Shown here one piece after another: positions 1 through 8,537 of a stretch of DNA of 64,000 bases. The position numbers and the translations under genes are program-made. This DNA comes from Thermoleophilia bacterium (GTDB lineage Bacteria > Actinomycetota > Thermoleophilia > RBG-16-64-13), in the NCBI GenBank assembly GCA_050943595.1, contig JBMNPM010000001.1:877-64876 (forward strand), in the 5' to 3' direction. The notes beneath the pieces are model-generated. The model was not told the origin of the DNA. It searched no databases and saw only the letters and a list, made by a program, of their open reading frames with translations. The first letter of the stretch is position 1. Each line of letters opens with the position of its first letter.

Positions 1-825
1 GGCGTGGTGAATATCGGCTTCGGGCCGGCGACACTCGCTGAACTGGTCGCCGGGACGGAGTACAGATGTACGTTTCTGATCTCGATGGGCGCAGATGCCG
101 TCGCCGACGCCTGGATTAAGGCGTTTTCCATAGAGGGCGCAAAGAATATCGTGTGCATCGGTGACCAGAACCCACTTCACCAGGATGCCCTCAGCCTCCT
201 GCCCGATCTGGCGAAGGTGGCCGGTATTGCTGTAACCATCGTGCCTGATGCTTGGTCGCCCCGCACTACCGACGACTACACCCCGTTCATCAAGAAGATC
301 GCGGCAGAAGCCGAGGAGACGACACCGGATGCGATTTTGGTGGCGGGTGATCCTATCGCCTCCTCCAACATATACGCTGGACTCCGGGCTCAGGGTGTCA
401 TCGTGCCTGTTATTGGCAGCCCCGCAGCTGCCGCCCCGGCCACCCTCCTGGCGGATTTGGAGAAGTCGGAAGGCTTTATGCCCATCGGCCCGGGTGTGGT
501 CGATCCTACAGTTCTGCCGGACGGTTACCCGGGTAGGGCGGCATATGTGGATTTTGCCACTCGCTATGGGACTGCGTATGGCAAGTCCCCCGCCGTGCAT
601 GCGGGCCTAGGACATGATGCTGTTCACGTTCTCGCTCTGGGGTTGAAGGCCGGTGGCGATGATCCGGCAAAGGTGGCGGCCGGTGTTGAAGCCATCAAGG
701 ACTTCCAGGGGATGCAGGGCGTTTTCACCTTCTCTGCTATCGATCACGTTGGCATCCATAAGGGCTTAGCGCTCTGGAAGGTCACGAGGGGCCTGTTTAC
801 GTTTGTGGCCTCTCTTAATCAGTAA
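1..825 (+). CDS. ABC-transporter solute-binding protein, Leu/Ile/Val-binding (LivK-like type-1 periplasmic binding fold); C-terminal part only, 5' end outside window
   Basis: Frame-1 ORF open from base 1 to TAA 823-825. Sequence looks like a two-lobe binding protein (ILVAGDPIASSNIYAGLRAQG, GLGHDAVHVLALGLKAGG, FQGMQGVFTFSAIDHVG). Family resemblance only. Confidence 0.7.
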   Translation, partial: GVVNIGFGPATLAELVAGTEYRCTFLISMGADAVADAWIKAFSIEGAKNIVCIGDQNPLHQDALSLLPDLAKVAGIAVTIVPDAWSPRTTDDYTPFIKKIAAEAEETTPDAILVAGDPIASSNIYAGLRAQGVIVPVIGSPAAAAPATLLADLEKSEGFMPIGPGVVDPTVLPDGYPGRAAYVDFATRYGTAYGKSPAVHAGLGHDAVHVLALGLKAGGDDPAKVAAGVEAIKDFQGMQGVFTFSAIDHVGIHKGLALWKVTRGLFTFVASLNQ

Positions 826-940
826 GCTCGGCCTGCTGCCCCTTGTCCCTCTGTGCCCGCCGTCCGGCGGTCGCGTTTTTCGCTTTCGTTCAGCTGATTC
901 GGGCGCCTACTCTCAAACCCGTGCTGCTGAGAGTATATTA

Positions 941-968
941 TTGATATAGAGTAATTGATATAGAGTAA
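941..968. repeat. Perfect tandem direct repeat, 2 x 14 bp (TTGATATAGAGTAA), in an AT-rich patch upstream of the acyl-CoA synthetase/iorAB operon; probable promoter/operator
   Basis: 941-954 and 955-968 are identical. Flanked by inverted GCTGCTG (923-929) and CAGCAG (973-978). TTGATA could act as a -35 box. Confidence 0.6.
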
Positions 969-1111
969 TCACCAGCAGTATTCGGCATATCAAGGCCGAA
1001 AGGCGAGAACAACCGATACATCACGGGGTCTTTGACCGGGCTGAAGCCGGCCTCGATGCAGGGTAAGCACCGATGGTGCCGGGCACCGGCGACAAGGGGA
1101 GCGGACTAATT

Positions 1112-3295
1112 ATGGGGGAAGAAGCCACGAGAGCGGACATGGGTACGGCTACGATGATGCTGGAGGCGGCCATTCGTTCCGGCCGTTCTGCTCTGAACGA
1201 ATGGGAAGCGAAGACGCTCTTCGCGGCGTATGGGATTCCTGTGCCGTCGGGAGCTTTGGTCACCACAGCCGTCGAGGCGGGCGAGGTGGCTGAGCGTATC
1301 GGCGGACGGTTGGCTATGAAGGCGATCGGGGCAGACATTCACCACAAGACTGAAGCCGGACTGGTGCTTCTTAATGTCGAGGGTGCCGAAGCGGCCGCCG
1401 AATCTTTCCATCTTCTTCAGCAACGTGCGGGCTCGGCACTGGAGGCCGTGCTGGTGGAGCAGATGATTGTCAGCAACCGGGAGTTCATGGTGGGGATGAA
1501 GCGCGATCCGGTCTTTGGGCCTGTGGTCGTGTTCGGTTTAGGCGGTGTGCTGACCGAAGCACTGGGTGATATCGCTATGGCCGTGGCGCCACTGAGTGAT
1601 CTGGACGCAGCGGAACTGCCCGGTCTTATTAAGGCGAAGCGGTTGCTGGAGGCCTTCCGTGGATATCCTCCTGTCGACCAGACGGCCCTGTCGACCATAC
1701 TGCAGACGGTCAGCCGGATGGCTATCGAGCACCCGGAGATCTCTGAGATCGACATGAATCCTCTCCTCATCGACGGCGACCAACCGGTGGCGGCCGACGC
1801 GCTCGTCATTCTCGGTCCCGTGCAGGAGCCGCTGAGCAGACCTGCTTTTCAACCCAACCTACGCGCGGTGCTGGCCCCCAGGTCAATTGCCGTCATAGGC
1901 GCCTCAGATGACGTGGGGAAATGGGGGGGGTCCGCTTTGCGCAACATCTTAGACGGCCACTTCAGGGGTCCGATCTATCCGGTGAACCCCAAAGGGGGCG
2001 TGTACTTTGGTCTCCAGGTCTATCCGAACATCGAAGCGCTTCCTGAGGCGCCCGATCTCGCTCTCTTGGCTGTGGGGGCCCGTCAGATAGCGCCTATGAT
2101 TGAGGCGTGTGGACGGCGGGGTATCCCGGCCGCAATAGCCATAGCGGCCGGCTTCTCTGAGATCGGCGAGGAGGGGGCAAAGGCGGAGAGAGAGCTGGCG
2201 CGGCTTGCCACTGAGAACAACGTAACTCTCATCGGGCCCAACTGCATGGGGATGCTTTCCAATGAGCAGAGTCTGCACGCGGTGGGGTACATCGTGCTCC
2301 ACCCGGCAAAGGGCAAAGTGAGCTTTATGTCGCAGTCGGGCAACCTTGGTACGGGGATAGTCGACGCTTGTGAGCGGCGAGGCATCGGTATCGACAAGTT
2401 CGTGAGTGTGGGTAATGAAGCTCAGGTGGGGGCGATCGATCTGATGGAGTGTCTCCGTGACGACCCTAACACCAGGAGCATCATGCTCTACCTTGAGGGC
2501 ATCAACGATGGCCAACACTTTCTCAAGGCCGCCCGCGAAACGACCACTGTGAAACCTGTGGTCGTGCTGCGTGGCGGACTGAGCGATCTGGGAAGCCAGG
2601 CGGCGGCATCTCACACCGGTGCTATGGCAGGATCCGGCCCCGTCTACCACGCGGCTGCCCGTCAGACGGGTGTGGTCACCTGTACCAGCCCGGATGAAGC
2701 CGTGGATATCGCCACCTGTCTCGCGTATCTGCCCATGCCTAAGGGGCCGAGGGTCGGCATCGTGACTAACGGCGGTGGCGCGGGCGTCCTTATGGCTGAT
2801 GAAGTAGCTCGGAATGGGCTCACGCTGCCTGAATGTCCGCCGGATCTTCTAGAGGGATTGGATCAGATTCTGCCCCCGTTCTGGAGTCGACGCAATCCGA
2901 TTGACACGGTCGCTTCCGCCGTTGGAGACATGGGTCCACGGGTTCTCGATCTCGTGGCCCGCTGTGACGCTTTCGATGCCATCGTCATTCTTTCAGTACT
3001 CGGGGCACCCACTGCGGCAGATGACGGGCGACCGACCTGCAATGACGGGGTGTACCAGGGTCTTAGCCCTTGGGAGGCGGCTTTCATGGCACAGGTCAAC
3101 CGCCTGATAGAGCTCACGGAAAAACCCATTATCAGCGTTCCCGACACACCCATTCCGCATTCTCTGCTTGATTCGGGCGGCCGCTACGCTCCAATCGTCC
3201 TGCCGTCGGCGGCAGCGACGGGCCGGGCGCTGCGACGCATGGTCTGGTACGGGTCCTATCTTCGTAGTCATGGTCTCCGGGGGGAGAGAAAATGA
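1112..3295 (+). CDS. ADP-forming (NDP-forming) acyl-CoA synthetase, single polypeptide with the ATP-grasp (beta) domain first and the CoA-binding/phosphohistidine (alpha) domain second
   Basis: ATP-grasp segment (EWEAKTLFAAYGIPVP...MVGMKRDPVFGPVVVFGLGG) precedes the CoA-binding Rossmann fold (PRSIAVIGASDDVGKWGG, LIGPNCMGM) and the His loop (AASHTGAMAG). ATG 1112 follows AAGGGGA; ORF-track start 1073 is an alternative. The stop overlaps the iorA start (ATGA). Confidence 0.85.
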   Translation: MGEEATRADMGTATMMLEAAIRSGRSALNEWEAKTLFAAYGIPVPSGALVTTAVEAGEVAERIGGRLAMKAIGADIHHKTEAGLVLLNVEGAEAAAESFHLLQQRAGSALEAVLVEQMIVSNREFMVGMKRDPVFGPVVVFGLGGVLTEALGDIAMAVAPLSDLDAAELPGLIKAKRLLEAFRGYPPVDQTALSTILQTVSRMAIEHPEISEIDMNPLLIDGDQPVAADALVILGPVQEPLSRPAFQPNLRAVLAPRSIAVIGASDDVGKWGGSALRNILDGHFRGPIYPVNPKGGVYFGLQVYPNIEALPEAPDLALLAVGARQIAPMIEACGRRGIPAAIAIAAGFSEIGEEGAKAERELARLATENNVTLIGPNCMGMLSNEQSLHAVGYIVLHPAKGKVSFMSQSGNLGTGIVDACERRGIGIDKFVSVGNEAQVGAIDLMECLRDDPNTRSIMLYLEGINDGQHFLKAARETTTVKPVVVLRGGLSDLGSQAAASHTGAMAGSGPVYHAAARQTGVVTCTSPDEAVDIATCLAYLPMPKGPRVGIVTNGGGAGVLMADEVARNGLTLPECPPDLLEGLDQILPPFWSRRNPIDTVASAVGDMGPRVLDLVARCDAFDAIVILSVLGAPTAADDGRPTCNDGVYQGLSPWEAAFMAQVNRLIELTEKPIISVPDTPIPHSLLDSGGRYAPIVLPSAAATGRALRRMVWYGSYLRSHGLRGERK

Positions 3296-5124
3296 ACGAG
3301 ATCCTGTCCGGCAACGAAGCAATCGCGCGAGGAGCGTGGGAAGCCGGGGTGCGGCTGGCTGCCGCCTATCCGGGCACACCGAGCACCGAGATACTCGAGG
3401 CCTTTGCTACCTACGAGGGGGTCTACGCGGAATGGGCGCCTAACGAGAAGGTGGCCCTGGAGGTGGCTACGGGTGCTTCCTGGGCGGGAGCAAGGGCGCT
3501 GGTCTGCATGAAACATGTGGGTCTTAACGTGGCTGCAGATCCCTTCTTCTCCATAGCCGTTACCGGTGTGGAGGGAGGCGTGGTGATTGTGTCGGCCGAC
3601 GATCCGGGGCAGCATAGCTCCCAGGATGAACAGGACAATCGTAACTACGCCAAATTCGTCAAGATTCCGCTGATTGAACCCTCCGACAGCAGTGAAGCCA
3701 AGGAATACGTCAAACTGGCCTACGACCTCTCGGAACGCTTCGATACTCCGGTGCTCTTTCGAACCACCACTCGCACGTCGCATTCGAAGAGCCTGGTCGA
3801 ACTTGCTGAACGACCTGAGCTCGACCCTCTGGTCCGTATGGACAGGAACTGGAGCTGGACCAAGTACACGATGATGCCCGCGAATGCCATCGTCCGGCAT
3901 CCGGTCATGGAGCAGCGCCTACTTGACCTGGCCGAGTACGCTGAGACCAGCCCCCTGAACAGAGTGGAGATGGGGGATCCTCGTGTGGGGATCCTTGCGT
4001 CGGGCGCAGCTTACGTTTATGCACGCGAAGCGTTTCCCGGGGCCAGTTTCTTGAAACTCGGCATGACCTATCCCGTTCCACGGCGTATGATTGCCGATTT
4101 TCGCGCCCAGGTGGAGAATCTCTATGTCGTTGAGGAGTTGGATCCTTTCTTGGAAGAGATTCTGCGCGTGCAGGGGGTCGAGGTAGACGGCGGCAAGAAC
4201 CTCATCCCCATCTGCGGGGAGCTCAGTCCGGGGCTGATAGCCCGGACCCTTCATGCCGCCGGAGTACCTGGCGTCAATGACGATCTATTGGCGATGCCCA
4301 GCTCCGTGGCGGAGGACTTGGTCGGGCGGCCGCCGACCCTCTGCCCCGGTTGTTCACATCGTGGCATCTACATGATGCTCAAGAAGCTGCGTGTGTTTGT
4401 GAGCGGGGACATCGGCTGTTATTCTCTAGGTGCTCTTCCGCCGTTCGACGCCATGCACTGCAGCACGTGTATGGGGGCGAGTATCAGCATGGCGCACGGC
4501 ATGGCGCAGGTGCTGGAGCCGCCCGCGAACCCGCGGGACAAGTTGGTGGTCACCCTGGGCGACAGTACGTTCTTTCATACCGGTATCAATTCACTCATGG
4601 ATGTCGCCTACAATAAGAGCAACATCCTTGTTCTCATACTCGACAATCGCACCACGGCGATGACGGGTGGGCAGGAGAACCCTGGAACCGGCAAGACTCT
4701 GCTCAGAGAACCGGCGGCCATGGTCGATATCGCCGGGCTCTGTCGGGACATGGGGATCGAGCGGGTGACCCAGGTCGATCCATATGACCTAGAGGGGATC
4801 GAAAAGGTGTTGCGCGAGGAACTGGCCGCCGAAGGTCCCTCGGTAGTCATAGCCCAGGCTCCCTGTGTTCTGCAGTTCAAAGTCAGGCGTCCCACCTATC
4901 GTGTGGATGCTCAGCTCTGCAGTGGCTGCAAACGATGTTTGCAGGCAGGATGCACGGCGCTCAATCTCCTGCTTGATGCCGACGGAGACAGCAAGGTCGA
5001 GATCCAGTCCGATCAATGCGTGGGCTGCGGGGTCTGCAGCCAGATGTGCAATACGGGCGCCATCCTCCCGCCGTCTCCTGGTGAGGAGGGTCTGAAGGGC
5101 GTGTATATAAAGGGGGCTTCATGA
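3292..5124 (+). CDS. iorA: Indolepyruvate:ferredoxin oxidoreductase, alpha subunit
   Basis: 610 aa. N-terminus GNEAIARGAWEAGVRLAAAYPGTPSTEI is typical of IorA. C-terminal ferredoxin-type Cys motifs (CSGCKRCLQAGC, CVGCGVCSQMC). ATGA overlaps with both neighbouring genes. Confidence 0.9.
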   Translation: MNEILSGNEAIARGAWEAGVRLAAAYPGTPSTEILEAFATYEGVYAEWAPNEKVALEVATGASWAGARALVCMKHVGLNVAADPFFSIAVTGVEGGVVIVSADDPGQHSSQDEQDNRNYAKFVKIPLIEPSDSSEAKEYVKLAYDLSERFDTPVLFRTTTRTSHSKSLVELAERPELDPLVRMDRNWSWTKYTMMPANAIVRHPVMEQRLLDLAEYAETSPLNRVEMGDPRVGILASGAAYVYAREAFPGASFLKLGMTYPVPRRMIADFRAQVENLYVVEELDPFLEEILRVQGVEVDGGKNLIPICGELSPGLIARTLHAAGVPGVNDDLLAMPSSVAEDLVGRPPTLCPGCSHRGIYMMLKKLRVFVSGDIGCYSLGALPPFDAMHCSTCMGASISMAHGMAQVLEPPANPRDKLVVTLGDSTFFHTGINSLMDVAYNKSNILVLILDNRTTAMTGGQENPGTGKTLLREPAAMVDIAGLCRDMGIERVTQVDPYDLEGIEKVLREELAAEGPSVVIAQAPCVLQFKVRRPTYRVDAQLCSGCKRCLQAGCTALNLLLDADGDSKVEIQSDQCVGCGVCSQMCNTGAILPPSPGEEGLKGVYIKGAS

Positions 5125-5756
5125 CAACACCACAGGTAGGCCCGCAGACGGCTACCGGACCGGCCATCGGTCTGGCCACCTTCAACATGCTTCTCTCTGG
5201 AGTCGGTGGCCAGGGGGTTGTGCTGGCCAGCTATGTGCTCTCCCAAGTAGCCATGGCTGAGGGGTACGATGTGAAGCAGAGTGAGGTTCACGGCATGAGC
5301 CAGCGCGGCGGCAGTGTAACCAGCCACTTCCGGTTTGGTGAGAAGGTGTGGGCTCCGTTGGTAACCCCGGGTACCGCCGACGTCCTGCTTGCATTCGAGG
5401 CTCTTGAGGCACTGCGTTACATACACTGGTTGCGGCCAAAAGGACTGCTCGTCTACAGCACCCTGCAGATCAACCCGAGCCCGGTCTCCGCCGGACTCGC
5501 CGAATATCCCAGCGATATCGACACACGTATCGCGACGGTCTGGCCGCGTGTACATTCGGTGGATGCGAACCGTCTGGCGCAACAGGCGGGTACCGTCAAG
5601 GCTGCTAACGTGGTGATGTTGGGTGCCGTTTCCGGCGCCCTCCCCTTTGCCGCGAGGACGTGGGAAGCGGTGATCCGTAGGGCGGTGCCACCGAAGACGG
5701 TCGATGTTAATCTGGAGGCCTTTCGTCTCGGCAAGGAGGCAGCTTCTGTTGAGTAA
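5121..5756 (+). CDS. iorB: Indolepyruvate:ferredoxin oxidoreductase, beta subunit
   Basis: 211 aa. GVGGQGVVLAS loop and the 2-oxoacid:ferredoxin oxidoreductase gamma-type domain. Start overlaps the iorA stop (ATGA 5121-5124). Confidence 0.88.
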   Translation: MTTPQVGPQTATGPAIGLATFNMLLSGVGGQGVVLASYVLSQVAMAEGYDVKQSEVHGMSQRGGSVTSHFRFGEKVWAPLVTPGTADVLLAFEALEALRYIHWLRPKGLLVYSTLQINPSPVSAGLAEYPSDIDTRIATVWPRVHSVDANRLAQQAGTVKAANVVMLGAVSGALPFAARTWEAVIRRAVPPKTVDVNLEAFRLGKEAASVE

Positions 5757-5950
5757 AGGTCGGGCAACGTCGGTTGCCACCAGGTAACCGGGGCCATATT
5801 GGTCGAGATGCGCAGGATTCAGTTGTCGTGGATGTGGCCATCGACCAAGGAGGATGCGTGAAAGGTGCTGCAGGGTCGACTCGTCTGTGGGCTGCTTGAT
5901 ACGCAGTGACTCCCACCGGTATAATGGCGGCCATTATACCCCAGGAGGTT

Positions 5951-6496
5951 ATGATGAAATTCAGATGTACCGTATGCGGCTATGTCTATGAAGGCGATGA
6001 GCCACCTGCAAATTGTCCACAGTGCAGCGCGCCGGCTTCTAAGTTCGTCGTGGTGACGGGCGAGAAGATGGAGTGGGCCGCCGAACACGTCATCGGAGTG
6101 GCGAAAGACGCAGACGAACGGGTCATCGAAGGTCTTAGGAACAACTTCAATGGCGAGTGCACAGAGGTTGGGATGTACCTGGCCATGTCGCGGGCTGCCG
6201 ACAGACAGGGATATCCCGAAGTGGCGGAAGCCTACAAACGCATCGCCTTTGAAGAAGCCGATCACGCTGCACGGTTTGCCGAATTGCTCGGCGAGATTGT
6301 TTCTGCCGACAGCAAGGTCAATCTGCAGATGCGGATGGAGGCTGAATACGGTGCCACCGAGGGAAAAGTGGAGTTGGCCAACTTGGCCAAGGAGTTGGGC
6401 TACGACGCCATCCACGACACCGTGCACGAGATGGCCAAAGACGAGGCTCGTCACGGCAAGGCGTTCCAGGGTCTTCTAGAGCGCTACTTCGCCTGA
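5951..6496 (+). CDS. rbr: Rubrerythrin with N-terminal rubredoxin-like domain (reverse rubrerythrin architecture)
   Basis: ATG 5951 lies just after AGGAGG. CxxC...CxxC (CTVCGYVY...CPQCSAP) is followed by a ferritin-like domain with two ExxH motifs ([18 protein letters not shown]). ORF-track start 5906 has no RBS. Confidence 0.88.
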   Translation: MMKFRCTVCGYVYEGDEPPANCPQCSAPASKFVVVTGEKMEWAAEHVIGVAKDADERVIEGLRNNFNGECTEVGMYLAMSRAADRQGYPEVAEAYKRIAFEEADHAARFAELLGEIVSADSKVNLQMRMEAEYGATEGKVELANLAKELGYDAIHDTVHEMAKDEARHGKAFQGLLERYFA

Positions 6497-6523
6497 TCGT
6501 TTAACAGTCTGTTTTGGGACGAA

Positions 6524-6557
6524 AGAGGCCCCGGCGTCCTCCGGAGCCGGGGCCTCT
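6524..6557 (+). terminator. Stem-loop after rubrerythrin (12-bp perfect stem, 10-nt loop); weak U-tract
   Basis: AGAGGCCCCGGC (6524-6535) pairs with GCCGGGGCCTCT (6546-6557), 28 nt after the stop codon. Confidence 0.5.
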
Positions 6558-6656
6558 CTTAGGGGCGTATGGGGTTCAATGCTGGGAATAGTCTGATGTG
6601 CAGGACATATCGGCCGGGGCTGGTCCCAGGATGGACGTCACAGTCATCCCCGGTCA

Positions 6657-6665
6657 TGTTAGAAT
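6657..6665 (+). promoter_or_regulatory. Candidate extended -10 promoter element (TGtTAGAAT) for the FeS/NrfD/molybdopterin operon
   Basis: TGTTAGAAT lies about 75 bp upstream of ATG 6740. Only a poor -35 (GTCACA) sits 17 nt upstream. Confidence 0.35.
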
Positions 6666-6739
6666 GTTTCCTGCGATAACCGTCTCCGCGTTGTCGCCAC
6701 GCCGACGTACACCAGCGAATAGGGAGAGAAGCACATAAC

Positions 6740-7513
6740 ATGAGATGGGGAATGGTCATAAACCTGGCGAAGTGCACCCGCTGTCATGGGTGTATCAACG
6801 CGTGCAGGATCGAGCACTTCCTGCCACTTCGTATCACCTGGCCGCGGCTGGTGGCTCTGGAAGTCGACGAGGGTTTCAGCGTCGATGTCTCCACATATCC
6901 GGTGCGGTGTAATCAGTGTAAAGAGGCGCCGTGCGTCGACGCCTGCCCGACCAACGCTTCTTACAAGCGGGAGGACGGTATCGTAGCTGTCGATCGCGAC
7001 AAGTGCTTCGGCTGCCGGTACTGTGTTATTGCCTGTCCCTACCAGAATCGTACCTATCTGTCCCGCAAGCGTAATCCAGGTCTCTTCCCTGGATATCCCC
7101 AGACTTCGTTCGAGAAGATGGGCAAGAAGCTCTACCCACACAAGGTGGGCACTACCGAGAAGTGCAACTTTTGCTTGGAGAAAATCGACGAGGCTATGGC
7201 CAAGGGGCTCAAGGTTGGTATCGACCGCGATGCTACGCCGGCCTGTGTGAATACGTGTCAGGCAAGAGCCCTCACCTTCGGCGATCTCGACGATCCCGAG
7301 AGCAACGTGTCCAAGCTCATCAGGGAGCGAAACGGTTTTACCCTCCATCCCGAGTACGGCACTGAGCCTTCTGTGTACTACATCGATTACATGTTGGGCA
7401 ACAACCCGTCAAACGTGGCGCCGTGGGAAGACCAGACCGGTACTCATATCCAGCACTTGAGTACCGTGTATGAGGAGTCTATACCGAAACTCGCTAAGAA
7501 GAACTTCAAGTAA
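6740..7513 (+). CDS. 4Fe-4S ferredoxin-type electron-transfer subunit (PsrB/DmsB/NrfC-like)
   Basis: 257 aa with four Cys groups (CTRCHGCINAC, CNQCKEAPCVDACP, CFGCRYCVIACP, CNFC...CVNTC). No twin-arginine leader. Confidence 0.88.
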   Translation: MRWGMVINLAKCTRCHGCINACRIEHFLPLRITWPRLVALEVDEGFSVDVSTYPVRCNQCKEAPCVDACPTNASYKREDGIVAVDRDKCFGCRYCVIACPYQNRTYLSRKRNPGLFPGYPQTSFEKMGKKLYPHKVGTTEKCNFCLEKIDEAMAKGLKVGIDRDATPACVNTCQARALTFGDLDDPESNVSKLIRERNGFTLHPEYGTEPSVYYIDYMLGNNPSNVAPWEDQTGTHIQHLSTVYEESIPKLAKKNFK

Positions 7514-7530
7514 GAAAGGAGGAGAGTAGT

Positions 7531-8499
7531 ATGGCAAGAATATCTCGCCAGTGGATGGTCACCCATGAGTGGATGGTCAAGCCCATGTCCCAGGCTGAGT
7601 GGATCGAGGGCAAAGGTCTACTCGTTTGGTTGGCGGAGGTCTTCTCGGCTCTCGGCACGGGCCTATATATCGTCGCTCTCTTCTTTGGACTTAGCGATGA
7701 CTTTGCTATGACTGCCTTCTGGGCCGGTGTGTGTGGTTGGATTGGCATCGCCATTTTCAAGTTACCTCTACACTTGGCATACCTTGGGCAACCCTTGCGC
7801 TTCTGGCGCGCCTTCCCGCCCTTTAGTACCGCGTGGAGGACTTCTTGGTTCGCCCGTGGCATTGTCCTTACGATGATCTTTCTCGCCTTTGGTGTTGTCC
7901 AGTTGGTCATGCAGGGGCTTATTGCCTATGACGTAAACACCGGCGGTGGGGTTCACGCGGCTAACTACGTCTTCATGGTGCTTGCCGGTATCTTTGCCGT
8001 CGCTACGGCTATCTACTGTGGCTTCGCCATGAGCTACTGCAAGAGCGTGCCCTTCTGGAACACGGGTCTGCTGCCCGTCATCTTCCTGTTCATGGGTGTA
8101 GCCGACGGTCTGGCGCTTACCATGGGAGTAGGCATGGTCGCGGGTGAAGAGGTCGTCCACACCGCGGAAGCTGCGACCCGGATCATGCTTATCCTCAACT
8201 CACTACTCATCCTGAGCTACTTGGTCAACGCAAGCTACCAGTCTGAGACGGCTGAGTTGTCTGTAAAGAAGCTCATCCGCGGACACGTGGCCTGGGTCTT
8301 CTGGCTCGGTATTATCGTCTTGGGTATTATCGTGCCGTTTGTTATCTCTGTCAGCAGCTACTTCACCGGCGAAGATGCCACCACGTGGTTGCTGATTGTC
8401 GCCATCGTTAGCCACACCATCGGGGCCTTCTCTCTGAAGTATGGTGTGCTCAAGGTTGGCTACTATCGGCCCATCTTCCCCAGAGCTAAAGCCTACTAG
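7531..8499 (+). CDS. Integral membrane anchor subunit, NrfD/PsrC/DmsC family
   Basis: 322 aa, hydrophobic throughout (about 8 helices by eye). Located between the FeS and catalytic subunit genes. Confidence 0.75.
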   Translation: MARISRQWMVTHEWMVKPMSQAEWIEGKGLLVWLAEVFSALGTGLYIVALFFGLSDDFAMTAFWAGVCGWIGIAIFKLPLHLAYLGQPLRFWRAFPPFSTAWRTSWFARGIVLTMIFLAFGVVQLVMQGLIAYDVNTGGGVHAANYVFMVLAGIFAVATAIYCGFAMSYCKSVPFWNTGLLPVIFLFMGVADGLALTMGVGMVAGEEVVHTAEAATRIMLILNSLLILSYLVNASYQSETAELSVKKLIRGHVAWVFWLGIIVLGIIVPFVISVSSYFTGEDATTWLLIVAIVSHTIGAFSLKYGVLKVGYYRPIFPRAKAY

Positions 8500-8537
8500 A
8501 GGCTGCGACACTAGGTACGTGTTGAGGAGACACTTTT

